A DNA stretch of 64,000 nt from the NCBI GenBank assembly GCA_951406725.2, contig OX597814.1, forward strand, positions 197,470,001 to 197,534,000, in the 5' to 3' direction. Both the position numbers and the translations under genes were made by a program. The notes beneath the pieces are model-generated. The model was not told where the DNA came from. It worked only from the letters and a program-made list of their open reading frames with translations, and ran no database searches. Of the stretch, positions 38,732-52,160 are shown piece after piece; positions within the stretch are counted from its first letter, which is position 1, and every line of letters starts with the position of its first letter. This DNA is from Octopus vulgaris. Taxonomy: Eukaryota.

Positions 38732-38900
38732 CTCCAAGAAAGTTAGGGGTTGTGGGTCTAACCAACTAAGGGATAATATCTATCCAATATACTGTTGGTA
38801 TGATACCGAATTATTAATACGCGAGTGTTTTCATTGCATTGCACTTAACTTACCTAGTGTATTAAATGGGTGAAGATAAAGAGATATTTTACTATTAATT

Positions 38901-39075
38901 TATATAGCAAATAAGAAAATGGAGAAGCACAATAGTTGGTTCATCAACTTTAGGACATTAAAATGTTAACTTATTTATTTATTAAAATGATAATTAAATA
39001 AATAAGTTAACATGTTAACGTCCTAAAGTTGATGGACCAACTATTGTGCTTCTCCATTTTCTTATTTGCTATATA
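38901..39075. repeat. Near-perfect fold-back palindrome, ~81-bp arms, ~13-nt spacer
   Basis: TATATAGCAAATAAGAAAATGGAGAAGCACAATAGTTGG.. mirrored by ..CCAACTATTGTGCTTCTCCATTTTCTTATTTGCTATATA; about 3 mismatches. Confidence 0.92.
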
Positions 39076-39339
39076 TATATATATATATATATAAAATGTT
39101 ATGCAGTATATATTAATACATTATACTATATACTTAGTAGGAAATGAGGATATTACTTTCAATATTAATTTCCTTTCGATTGTATTTATCAAATATTTTC
39201 ACTAAAAAGGTACCATAGCATTTTAGGGTTATACGTGATGGTGCTGTTAATCGTTGGAAATTATCATCATTGTGGTTTGATTCAGGTTCGGTCTAATTCC
39301 TGGTAGGATTTATACGGGTTGCGGGTTACTATCTGTAAC

Positions 39340-39635
39340 CTTAGGTTTCCACAAGTTTTATAGCTGTCTTTAAAATGCTTAGAACCCTCCTGATAATCCT
39401 TGCTGTCCCTAAGAGCCAAACTTTCTGTAGTAGCTCTACCGATACTCTATTCCAATCTCCTTCAACCATTGGTCTAAATCTTTGCTTACTGTCCCTAACG
39501 CACCAATTATTATAGACACGACCTTTACTGTTCGCATGCTCCAAATTATTCCTATTTCAAATTTTAAGGGATTGTATATTTTTACGATCCTGGAATCAAA
39601 CAGGCATAATGGATCGATAAGTAAGCAACTTCCCA
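39340..39635 (-). pseudogene. R4/Dong-type non-LTR retrotransposon C-terminal (restriction-like endonuclease) fragment
   Basis: LKFEIGIIWSMRTVKVVSIIIGALGTVSKDLDQWLKEIGIE / VELLQKVWLLGTARIIRRVL. Confidence 0.8.
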
Positions 39636-40037
39636 TTTATTTATCTTCTTCTTCTTCTTCTTCTCCTTCTTCTTCTTCTTATTATTATTGTTGTTGCTAA
39701 GGACGCGATCTGGCAGAATCGCTACGTTCTGAGTTCAAATTCCGCCGAGGTCGACTTTGCATTTCTTCCTTTCGGGGTCGATAAATTAAATACCAGTGAA
39801 ACACTGCGGTCGATGTAATCGATTTAATCCCCTCCTCCATGCTGCCCTTGTGACAAAAATTTTGAAACCAGTATTACTATTATTGTTGTTTTTTACTACT
39901 TTTACTACTAATACAACTCTTATTGTTTTTGTTATAATCAGAGAGATATTGCAAACACGATGTGATTTTTTACTGTTATAAAAAAAATCTGGAATTCTTC
40001 ATCATATAAAGAACGTCTTTTTCTCTTTTTTTTTCAG

Positions 40038-40177
40038 GATTCAAAACTGAACATATATCTTGAAAAACAAATAAAAAGACAAGGTATTAGAAGTGCAAAA
40101 AACAGGGTAAAAAAAAAGCTGCTGTATCCTTCAGAAAAACTGAAGGGTGGACATGACCAAGAGATCGCAAAGAACAG
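40038..40177 (+). CDS. Isolated 140-nt host-gene exon (coding, or 5'UTR plus start), gene unidentified
   Basis: Long polypyrimidine tract + CAG acceptor, CAG|GTAAGT donor; frame 0 open: DSKLNIYLEKQIKRQGIRSAKNRVKKKLLYPSEKLKGGHDQEIAKN; alternative ATG gives MTKRSQRT. Confidence 0.6.
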
Positions 40178-40535
40178 GTAAGTTGAATATTTATTTGCTT
40201 CAGACTTACTAAACGAAACAAATGATCATCAATATACAGACACACCTTTTAACTAACTTTAAGTTGTAAATCCGTGATATTGTTTTAACATCTTACACAG
40301 AATATTTGTTCTCTTTTCAATCAATACCGCGGTGAGTGTCGTGTTTTGTTGTTATGATTCCTCTACCAAGTGTAATACGTATTAGAAATTTAACGATTAT
40401 ATATGTATATATATTCCATTCCACAGCTTTTGTGTGTGTGTGTGTGTGTGTGTGTAAGTATGGATCAAAACAGATTAATTCAGATTCGCTGCTACACTTG
40501 AGTTTCAAGCGTGATGCTAGTCGTCAGCCATTTTG

Positions 40536-40580
<45 letters not shown>

Positions 40581-40964
40581 ATTTGATATATTTTTTTATC
40601 CATGTTCCATGTGTTTCATTACAGGATAGGAGTTTAAAAACGTGTATATTTAGAAAAAACATGTTTAGAATTTCCTATCCATAATTCTAGAGACAGCGAT
40701 TCAAAATGATGTTCTTAATCTTTGGTTGAAGAATTACAGATTGGTATTCTGTACTCGTATATTTTATAGCGCCTCTCTTGTTATTAAACATGGAATTAAA
40801 AATATACCAAATTTTCCCAGACTTTTATCGCGATATATAATTTACCCCGCAAATAGATTCACATATTATGAATGTCTCATTTAAAATAAAACATCTGTAT
40901 GCATACACACGATTACGGTGAATATGAAGATGCGCACGAGTACACAGTCAGAATTATGATCTCA

Positions 40965-41023
<59 letters not shown>

Positions 41024-41167
41024 GATGGACTCTCCTACCTAAGACGATGCGTGAGCTTTCAGCCATTGCCTAGCGACCGGCGCAAATGATTTGGTCATAG
41101 TGAATTGATTGTACATGCTACATATTAGTACACCTCTCTCCGGCAAATCGACGTTGTCTAAACGGTG

Positions 41168-41212
<45 letters not shown>

Positions 41213-41214
41213 TT

Positions 41215-41600
41215 GCTTCTTGCTTGCTGCAGGTTGGGGGTTCGAGAGACATTATCATGCGTACAGCTGCCTACGTCCACCAGTTCGCCGATGGTCCCGT
41301 GCCAGCTTCTCTGCATCCTCCAAGGTGACGTTGAGCTTCTGAAGATCGGTAGAGTCCCTAGTTATATCGGGGACCTAACAGAAGCAAGTGTTATTACACT
41401 TTCCGGCTCCATTCCCAAATATGTACCATAAGGAGACGTTATGTGAACCTCTTCTGGCACCACCTCTAGATCTGCCGTGTGTCTCAGCTTGAAGAATCCG
41501 TCTTACGATTCTTTCCTGCCATATTCTAATCAGATATCTGTAGTGCCACAGTTGCAACCACTTAATTCAGAGAAGTAGCGGCCCCACTCGGAAAGATCCA
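41215..41600 (-). pseudogene. RTE-clade LINE 3' end
   Basis: LWHYRYLIRIWQERIVRRILQAETHGRSRGGARR and DLQKLNVTLEDAEKLARD resemble RTE C-termini; ends in short GCAA repeats and (TA)n. Confidence 0.6.
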
Positions 41601-43073
41601 TTCCGGGATTATTATACATTTGACTGTATTTCGTGTTTACCTTAATGAAACAGCTGTTGAGCACAGAGTATAAATTATATATGGAATTAAAGCATTTTAG
41701 TTGCTCTTAAAGTCGTTTTAGCCGATTATGTATATACATGCATGTCGTTCCCATGTAATGTAAGTAACATTCTGGCGTTTAACGAATTGATGTCAATCGA
41801 AATCTTAATTACCGTGATTATTTTTATTGTACATCAATTCTCTACATAGATAGATAGATAGATAGATAAAGAGATAGATAGATATACAACTAGAGAGAGA
41901 GAGAAAAATACATTTATGCAAGAGTGTGTGTATACATGTGTATAATGTGTGCGTGTGAAAAAGCTCCATGAGGCTCCAGCAGGGGGTAGTGGCGAACCCT
42001 GCGGTACGTTTTCACCACAACTTTCTCTCGCTCTTTCTTCTTGTTTCTGTTGTACCTGTATTTCCAAAAGTCAGCCTTGTCGCACTCTGTGTCACACTGA
42101 ATCTCCCCGAGGACTACGTTAAGGGTACACGTGTCTGTGTGCGTGTGAAAAGAGAGCGAGCGTATCTCACAATGAATTAATATACAAAAACTAATTTCAT
42201 AATAATATTTACTTTTACCCAGAAGCGAGTATGCTGATACCTATATTGTTCCTACAATGTGGTTATATAATAGACAGAACACGTCACAGACTGAGTAATT
42301 CAGTTATTCCACCGACATGTGTGCATTTGTGTATATACACTTGCGTCAGAAATTAATTAGCACTTCTCAAATTTCTACATTAAATAGGTTAAATCAATTA
42401 ACCTATGAGCTGTTCAAAACGTCTTACGCGATGAGAAAACTTAGTATGGTGTGTTTCGGTCCTTGCGAGGCGCTACCTATATCTATTAAACAAAGGAAGA
42501 TTTGTCTGCATCCGCACTCCAAGTTGTTGTTGCACTGCTATGTCAACATCATAAGGCTGTAGACTCTCAAACTGCTCTGCAAACAAAGTTACGTCATCGT
42601 TCTGCGCAACAGTGAACTCGCAACAAAGCAATAGTTCGAGATATGGCCACTAGGTGACAGCACATACCTTGAGTGAAGAGCAAATCAAGGGTGCTAATTA
42701 ATTTCTGACGGTAGTGTATATGAAGATAATTCGCCGCGGACATCTTTATAACGTCTATAACTTTCAAACTTAACTATTTCTCAAAATTTTAAACTCAGCA
42801 AATTATTCAAATGATTCCTTCTGCTGCATTTGTTCATTTTGATTGATTGCAAGTGACTTTTGTGATAATATGCAAGTTTCGCAGAAGTTTCTTTTTAAGA
42901 AATATATTTTCGTCTGCATATATTCCACTTAGTCCACATTTGTAGAAATAAGATAAGACATTTTTTGTCAATTCAGGAAAAAAAAATTACGTTTCTCAAT
43001 TGACGTTTTATATATATATAGATACACACACACACATTCTCATACACCCACACTCAAATACACACACACACAC

Positions 43074-43106
<33 letters not shown>

Positions 43107-43189
43107 GAACACATACACACATATCAAACAGGAGATTTTTAAATGTGTACATCAAACGATATGAAAATAATCTCCTGCTGTAGTTTGAT

Positions 43190-43372
43190 ACGTATGTATG
43201 AATGTATGTATGCATGCATGCATGTATGTATGCATGCATGCATGCATGCATGTATGTATGTTTGCATGTATGTATGTTTGCATGTATGTATGTTTGCATG
43301 TATGTATGTTTGCATGTATGTATGTTTGCATGTATGTATGTATGTATGTATGTTTGCATGTATGTATGTATG
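43190..43372. repeat. (TATG/CATG)n with 16-bp higher-order unit TTTGCATGTATGTATG
   Basis: Direct inspection. Confidence 0.9.
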
Positions 43373-44939
43373 TGTGAGTGTGTATATGCATATATGTGTG
43401 TATGCCTGGCCCTGCGTCTGTATCCTCATATATCTGTTTGTGAGTGAATGTGTGTGATTACGAGTTTGTGTGTGTGTAGACGCACTCATGTATACGTACT
43501 CTCTTACTCTTTTACTTGTTTAAGTCATTTGACTACGGTCACGCTGGAGCACCGCCTTTAGTCGAGCAAATCGACCCCGGGACTTATTCTTTGTATATAT
43601 ATATGCGCAGCTGTGACTGTGTGTTTATAAGTTTGCTTCCCAACCTCATACTTCCGAGTTCAGTCTCTCATTGCGTGGCATCTTAGGCAAGTGTTCTGCT
43701 ATAGTCGCGGGCAGGACCAAAGCCTTGTGAATGGATTTGGAAAACGAAACTGAAGGAAGCCTTTCGTATATATGTGTCTATGGGTGTCTTTATATCTGTA
43801 TTTATCCCGGACCAGTGCTTTACAGACGGCGTGGGTGCGTTTGTGCCCCCATGACTTAGCGGATCGGGAAAAAGTACCCGATAGAGAAAGAAGCAGGCTA
43901 AATATAAAAATGAGCAGTGGTATAGATTCGTTAGATTAAATATCCTTCAAGGTGGTGCCCCAGCATGACCGCAGCAGTCTAATGGCTGAAAGAAGCAAAA
44001 GATAAAAGATAAACGGTATAAACACACACACATACATATACTGACGTTATCATCGTACATCTGTGAAATCCTAAGTATCATACATAGAATTATTTTTAGA
44101 TCACATTTAAAACATAACCACCCGATCGATAAATATTTCGTCTACCATATCGTCCACTCGACAGCAAGCTGTGTCAGAATGAGAGTCTATCTGAAGTAAA
44201 ACTGTTGTGAAAAGAGCATGAAATAAGAAACTACTCTAGGTACTAAAAAAAATAAGTCAGGCTGTAAAAGACGAAATAGAAGACGACTCTCGTATCGTCT
44301 GTAAACATTGTTATATGACACAACAGACATACATAGCTTATACATATGGAGGTTTTTTTCGTAGCTAAACATATATATTGAGATGCAAATGTATAACATA
44401 ACACGGAGCTGTATAACCTAATATTCTTTCATACATACTGACATTTTAGAAAGAGCGAATTGACCTTGAAAGGGAATCCAATGATTTCAAACCGAAAGCC
44501 TTTGATTGTTATGAACAAAAGGGCAATGTCCATAATATATAATCATGTGTAAATGCTACATTAATAGAGATACGTTAAATGATAGTCTCCCAAGATTTGC
44601 ATTATTTACATAATAATGACAATTTACCAGCAACTTTATTGATAATGCCATCTAATTGAGGTCTTCTGCGTTTCAAAATGCAATATCGCAAAAGTCGTCC
44701 GTTTAACGCTAAACCCTCAAGAGGGGTTTTGTACCATGTTGTAAGATAGTAAACATGTTGGGCCAAAAAGTAGGTTAAATTATAATTCATTTCAATATAA
44801 CATTATTTTGTTTTATTTATGTAATTCCATTCCGGGAATATTTTGAAATGTCTGTATTTATAATGTCATTTGATTTCTTCAAAGCATTTCGCTTCTGCGA
44901 TGAAATTCTCCATCCGTTTCGTTTCTGTTATATCGTTGT

Positions 44940-45298
44940 GGCACTCCGTCGTCTACGACAAAGAGGGTTCCAGTTGATCCCATCAACGGAACAGCCTGCT
45001 CGTGAAATTAACGTGCATGTAGCTGAGCACTCCACAGACACGTGTACCCTTAACGTAGTTCTCGGGGAGATTCAGTGTGACAAGGCAGACCCTTCGAAAT
45101 ACAGGTACAACAGAAACAGGAAGAAAGAGTGAGAGAAAGTTGTAGTGAAAGCGTACCACAGGGTTCGCCACCACCCCCTGTCGGAGCCTCATGGATCTTT
45201 AGGTATTTTCGCTCAATAAACATTCCCGGTCTGGGAATCGAAACAGCGATCCCACGACCGCGTGTCCGCTGTCCTAACCACTGGGCCACTGCACCTCC
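44940..45298 (-). mobile_element. SINE family C
   Basis: Minus head GGAGGTGCAGTGGCCCAGTGGTTAGG...TTCGATTCCC. Confidence 0.8.
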
Positions 45299-45438
45299 AC
45301 ACATAGATGTGTGTGTGTGTTGAAGGAGGTGACCCAGTATGCCCACACTGTAATAACTGAAACAAGTAAAAGATAGAAAATACCTATAGATACATAGACA
45401 GACAGATTGCATTAAAGGTACCATAAATAAATATATAT

Positions 45439-45660
45439 TTATTTATTCAGTATACAATCGCCATCATTAACAATAACACTTACCCACCTCAAAACCTGCT
45501 TCCTGATCCCTCTGGAAGGGAAATATGCTTGGAATACCGTTTCGATATGGACCCAGCTTCTGACTGTCTTTTCCATTAGTAAGGATTTGAAGCGACCTGA
45601 ATAAGTGAAAATCAGATGCCACTGGATCTGCGGAGGAAAGTGAAGCAGAGATCCCCAACC
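45439..45660 (-). pseudogene. Mariner transposase C-terminal relic
   Basis: SADPVASDFHLFRSLQILTNGK matches the mariner YSPDLAPSDFHLFRSL motif; RWVSVIVNDGDCI before the stop. Confidence 0.75.
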
Positions 45661-46149
45661 TAATGCATTTATATTTCCTTGGGTTACATTCACAGAATGT
45701 GGTCTTACATAATCATATTACAGGATTACTCCCTTTCTGTTGTACCCACTTCCCGTCTCTATACACATCCTCAATCTGCTTCAGATAATTTTACACAGGG
45801 AACTAAGACTCATTAAACCTCCTGGATAGGACCCCGATACTTTGACATAATTTTCTTTGAATTACGACATTACTTTTCGATACCCCTAATATATATATAT
45901 ATGCGTTTCACGTATTATTGATTATGTCACTAAAGAAAGACTATTAATTTTGCCAGCAAAGGAGAGATTATGTAAGATGGCTACAATACTTCTGCATTAT
46001 TGTAAAACTTAAATTGATGTAATTGACAGTGAATGTTTGTAACGCAGTTACGAAGTTGTGAGCACAAATAAATAATTTTGTTCTGTTTCTTTTTTTTTCT
46101 ATAAATATCGATTCTGTCTGTCTTCGATGCAACGATAACGATGTGTATG

Positions 46150-46196
<47 letters not shown>

Positions 46197-47155
46197 CTGT
46201 GCATATATATATATATATATATTTATTCATTTATTTATTTATACACACACATATATGTGTGTTTGTGTGCGTACGCTTCCTCATTTGTATTCTGTCGTCT
46301 GTCTAGTTATTCATTAAATTTAGACTAAACGTACAGGATGCAAGTTTGATTGACGTTAGATATACTTAATGACATCAGTTTAAATTATTCCTTTGAAAAC
46401 GAATAACAAATATACTGTGTGGTAAAGTTGTTTATCAACGTTTGATGTTTGGAGGATTTGTTAAAGTTGACGCTTGGCAAAACTGAAAGCAAAAACAGTA
46501 AACATTACATTTAACGCCTCCGAGTTAATACGATTACTATGATGACTGCGTTTCTAATCATCAAAAAAAAAAAATGTCGGACTAGGTGCTATAGGTCAAG
46601 TCATATACAGAAAATGCGATTGTAGACAAATCTTTTCTGTCTTTAATTATTTATGACCTTCAAATGTGAATAGATTGCGATAACGTCACGTATCTTAGTA
46701 TTTAAAATCTTGTTTATCACTTAGTCATAAAAGACATTCCAGTTATGCACATCTATGCTTTTGTAGTAGAATTCTGGATTATTAAAGCAACGGCTAGTGA
46801 GTGATTGCTTTCTTGTACCCCAAAAGTACAAGAGAGATATTCACACTAGGTTCGTTTACACTTTTATATCAGGCATTGCCTACCAGGAAATATATAATCA
46901 ACTGTGTTCTTTTTTAAAGTGAGTGTATGATCTGAAAGTTCTATTGCTGTTACTTCTTGCTGGCTGAGCGATCTGGTAACATGCCTCCTCGTTTGTTTGT
47001 CTTTGTCCCCACTAGTCTATATCGCATTAATAAATTAGTTTATCGAAAGGCTTTTTGGAACAATCATATAGATATTTCATTCACTTTCACACGGATAATT
47101 GGGAATAGAACACTTTAAGAAACTATTTTAAATAGGTGGTTATATTATTGAAACA

Positions 47156-47570
47156 TATTTCTTTACTGCCCACAAGGGTCTAAACATAGAGGGGACAAAC
47201 AAGGACAGACGAACGAATTAAGTCGATTACATCGACCCCAGTTCGAAACTGGTACTTAATTTATCGACCCCGAAAAGATGAATGGCAAAGTCGACCTCGG
47301 CGGAATTTGAACTCAGAACGTAACGATAGACGAAATACCTATTTCTTTATTACCCACAAGGGGCTAAACACAGAGGGGACAAACAAGGGCAGACACAGGT
47401 ATTAAGTCGATTACATCGACCCCAGTACGTAACTGGTACTTAATTTATCGACCCCGAAAAGATGAAAGGCAAAGTCGACCTCGGCGGAATTTGAACTCAG
47501 AACGTAACGACAGACGAAATACCGCTAAGCATTTCGCCCGGCACGCTAACGTTTCTGCCAGCTCGCCGCC
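47156..47570 (-). mobile_element. SINE family B, tandem duplicated body
   Basis: Two ~185-bp units plus one head; GGTGGTTAT.TTATTGAAACA flanks both sides (47134-47155 and 47572-47593) as a probable TSD. Confidence 0.85.
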
Positions 47571-47966
47571 TAGGTGGTTATTTTATTGAAACAGGCAATT
47601 AGTTACGCAAAGTTTCAATAGAAACATGTTGGTACAGATAAAACTATGAAAACTGTTTGATACAAATATTTTGAGCCAGACCGTTTGATACGCATATTTA
47701 AGATACATTTTGAAACAAACATGCTGATAAAGATATTTTTAATGTAGACACTCCAATTGAAACTTAACAACACAAGCAGACAAAGTGTGGCCTTGCATTA
47801 GCATTTTACTCAATGACTCCTTTTCTATTCTAACCACTTCCTTTCTCTACACACCTTCTCAAACTGCTTCATATGGTCTTGTGTGGTGGACTAAGATTTA
47901 TTAAACCTCCTGGATAAATCTCCGATACTTTGACACGGACTCTCTTGTGGTATGGCGTCAGACTCA

Positions 47967-48020
<54 letters not shown>

Positions 48021-48204
48021 TGATACAAGACTAAATTCATTTTTTAAATATCTTGCTTTGGAAAAATTGCATTGGGTATGATTAGTAAAATTTTTTGGTA
48101 GAAATGACTAATGTCCCTCTTACCGTGTGGCATGTATGTGTAATAATGCCCTCTATATATAAATATATATATATATATACATATACATACATACATACAT
48201 ACGT

Positions 48205-48510
48205 GGAAGCGCAGTGGCGCAGTGGTTAGGGCAGCGGACTCGCGATTGTAGGGTTGCGGTTTCGATTACCAGACCATGTGTTGTGAGTGTTTATTGAGCG
48301 AAAACACCTATAGCTCCACGAAGCTCCGGCAGGGGGTGGTGGCGATCCCTTGCTGTACTCCTTTCGCCACAGCTTTCTCTCACTCATTCTTCCGTTGGCC
48401 TGCTAGCTTCGCCAGCGGGGTGGCGTCATTTGAAGGCTAAAACAATGCGAAGCGCATTGTGACCAGCGATGTGTAACAACATCTGATAGCCTGGTGGGTT
48501 ACAGTGCTAT
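48205..48510 (+). mobile_element. SINE family C
   Basis: Homologous to 19406-19690. Confidence 0.8.
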
Positions 48511-48984
48511 ATATATACACGAGGGTACTACATGAGCACTTGCATCGCTAAAAACATAAGACAAAAATACTTCTGTGCTACGGAATAGTGACAAATCTAC
48601 TACAGGCCTGAACACGTATTGATTATTTCACTGAAAAATTACTGATTTTACTAGCAAAGTACAGATTATATTAGACGGCTACATATTGATACAGATATAA
48701 ATGAAACAAGCAGTTTGTAACATTTTGTTACAGACATTATATATTTCTTATTTTACCTGTTGTATCATATCGATAAATATGTGGCACAAACATGTCGATA
48801 CAGATAGATTGACATTGCTGAAACAGGCATTTTGGTGCAAATATCCAGAATACACTCATTTTTTATACAGACATTTCTGATACAGGTATTTCGATACAAG
48901 CGATTTAAAACAAATATTAAAGATGTTTTTATTACGAATGAATTGATGCAATCATTTTTATACAAACATTTTGAATAGACACAT

Positions 48985-49362
48985 ATGGAGACAGTTAGCC
49001 TAGATGAGAAGCAGTTTGGTTTTGTGCTAGGAAAAAGCACAACTGATAATATATTTCTGGTAAGACAGCTGCAGGAGAAATACCCAGCCAAAGATAAACA
49101 TCTGTACTTCGCTTTTGTTGACATGGAGAAATCTTATGACAGGGTCCCCTGATCCCTTATCTGGTGGTCAATGCACAAACTAGGGATAGACAAATGGTTG
49201 GTGAGAACTGTACAAGCCAAGTACAGGTATGCTACCAGTAAGGTGAGGGTTGGTAAGGAACACAGTAAAGAATTCAGGGTACAAGTAGGAGTTCACCAAG
49301 GCTCAGTGCTCAGCCCCCTCTTGTTCATCAAAGTTCTCCAGGTAATAACAGAGGAATTTAAG
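48985..49362 (+). pseudogene. RTE-clade LINE RT fragment
   Basis: QFGFVLGKSTTDNIFLVRQLQEKY..FAFVDMEKSYDRVP*..VGVHQGSVLSPLLFI. Confidence 0.9.
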
Positions 49363-50126
49363 ACATTGCGACACATGTTCATACAGGTATTTTTATACAG
49401 ATATCTTAAATACAGACAATTTGATGGAAATATTTTTCATATGGACATTTCGATACAAATGACGTAACAGACGCATTTTGATACAGACAATTTTTAACAC
49501 AGTTATTTCATTCTAAAAGCACCCGTTTCGATACATAGTAGCACAGCCATTCTGGTACGGACGTTTCCATTACGTGACGCGAATGTTTTCACACAGATGG
49601 ATTGATACAGATATTTTTGAAACAGACGTTTTGACATAAATATTTTAACACGGTCATTTTACTGCAGATATTTTGGTACAAACGTTTTACATGAAACTTT
49701 TTATACATTCATCTCGATACAAACACTGTGACACGTTTTGACCCAGATACTTTTATACAGACATTTTGATACAAATAATTTGACACAGATATTTTCATAC
49801 AGAATTTTCTGAAACAATTATGCTCTTCTCTTATACACATGTTGACGTCGAGATTTTTATAAACCTATTGATTCAGACATTTCTGACACACGCATTTTAA
49901 TGCACGCACTTTGATACACGAGGTTTTGATAGTTCTTTCTGACGCTATATTTTGACAAAGAAATTTTTCATAATAGAAACTATTGATTTTCTGGCGGAAA
50001 TAACTTAGTTTCTCTTAAGTACAACTCTGTTACAAGCAAGCAGACTGATAACCGAAAACTAATTGGGAAGCAAACGGAAGTTCCCAATAGCTGAGAAAGC
50101 CTCTTCGTAGACGTTCCACCTATTAC

Positions 50127-50343
50127 TCTTTTATTTGTTTCCGTCATATGAATGTGGCAATGCTGGAGCACCGCCTTTAGTCGAGCAAATTTACCCCAGG
50201 GCTTATTCTTTGTAAGCCTAGTATTTATTCTATCGATATCTATTTGCCGAACCACTAAGTTACAGGGACGTAAACACACCACAATCGCTTGTCAAATGAT
50301 GTTGGGGGAACAAACATATACACAGACACACATACACACACAC

Positions 50344-50416
<73 letters not shown>

Positions 50417-50568
50417 GACTGGCTTCTTTCAGTTTCCGTCTACCAAATCCACTCACAAAGCTTTGATCGGCCCGAGTCTATAGTAGAAGACACTTGCCCA
50501 AGGTGCCATGCAGTAGAACTGAACCCGGAACTATGTGGTTCGTAAGCAAGTTACTTACCACTACGCCT
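50127..50568 (-). mobile_element. SINE family A
   Basis: Homology to other copies, expanded internal (TA)n. Confidence 0.8.
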
Positions 50569-52160
50569 ATTAGAAATAACTGCCATATATATCTCAGATC
50601 ACACCAGACTATATTAAAAAGAAGGAGTACTACTTTTAGATGCCCTATATCTGAATAAAAAACGAGATGTTCACAGCTGACATTGTCTTTCACCATAGAT
50701 CTTTATCACTCCTGAGTTGCAGCTAAATAGAAAGAAAAACAAAAGTTTCATTTGGAACTTGGCATTTATATTTTAGTATCAAACTCCCCGTTGACCACCA
50801 ACAACATATCATTATTATCTTATTGGATTTTTATTTTGTTATCGTCATAATATTTTTCTGGTTACCGATATAGTGTGAAACAACTTTGGTGTAAATCGCA
50901 ATTGTAAGCGCTGAAAGTAAGGTATTTTGTCATTAATTTCGTGATAAAATATATATTCCATTGGTGGTGGCATTTGCAATGGATATTTACAAATATTACA
51001 ATTTTTATTACTATTACATATCAATACTGGAATATCAGAAGCTACATTAGCACCCACACTGAGCAATCCTTATCATCAGGGTGCTAGGCATAACTAATAT
51101 CTATCATATCAGCAATCTTATATTTAGACGTTATATTTTATTTATATCGTCTGGATATAGATATATCAGGCATTTTGACGTTGCATCGTTAAAACACAAA
51201 TTACCAGAACTGATAAAATGAATAATTACATTTCTCCATAAATCCAACCTGTTGAGTAGTTCCTATTGTTATTAAAGAAAATAAACAGCCATTATTTGTC
51301 CTGTGTGGTTTTTGCTTCTATAAATATTGACAATATACGGAATCACATGCAATTTTTTCTGCGTAATCCTTCTGGTATTTCTTATTTATAAAGATGTAAC
51401 TCCATCTTCTCAAGGATAGATAAATATATTTTCATATCCTATGGGATATTTAGAGAATGTGCATTCTGTTAGGTTTATGTTTAGAAACATTTCTGGCTAA
51501 ATTTCGTGACAAATAACTCAAACAGATATATTTCTCTCTTCGAATTTTAATTCAAAATGGAACTAAAAAATCGCCAGGTTATCTAACACGAACTACGAAT
51601 TTATTTGTTAGTTTTAAGAGAAGAGAAACTTGTTTACTTGATTTATAAGTCTTCATACTGCTTTCCGATTTTCTTTCGATATTAAAGAAGGTTATTCGAA
51701 AGTAAAGAAACTAAATTGCAAAATATATGGAAATGAATGCTGATAATAGTGTCAATAGTGAAATTCCAATAAATGATTGTAGGTTCGATTACTATTTCTA
51801 CTGCTTCGATGCCAATATCAATATGGTCTTAGACGAAGTACTATTATGGACGAAAATGTTGGCAAATATTAGTCAACCACTTGAATATTTCTTATATACG
51901 AACGATGTGATTGGGGCAAATACACTTGTTCGTTCTTTACCGTTTTGCATGTGGAACGTATTGATTAAATATCATATATCGATCACAGTGAATCTCATTT
52001 ACTTGCCATTATAAAAAATTTTTTCGATAACTTTAGAAATAGTAACATTAATAAGTAGTAAATCATATTACAGTTCTATGTATCTTTATAAGGAATCATA
52101 ATACAGTTCGATTCCAAACAGTGACTTGAACACTAATAATAATAATAATAATAATAATAA

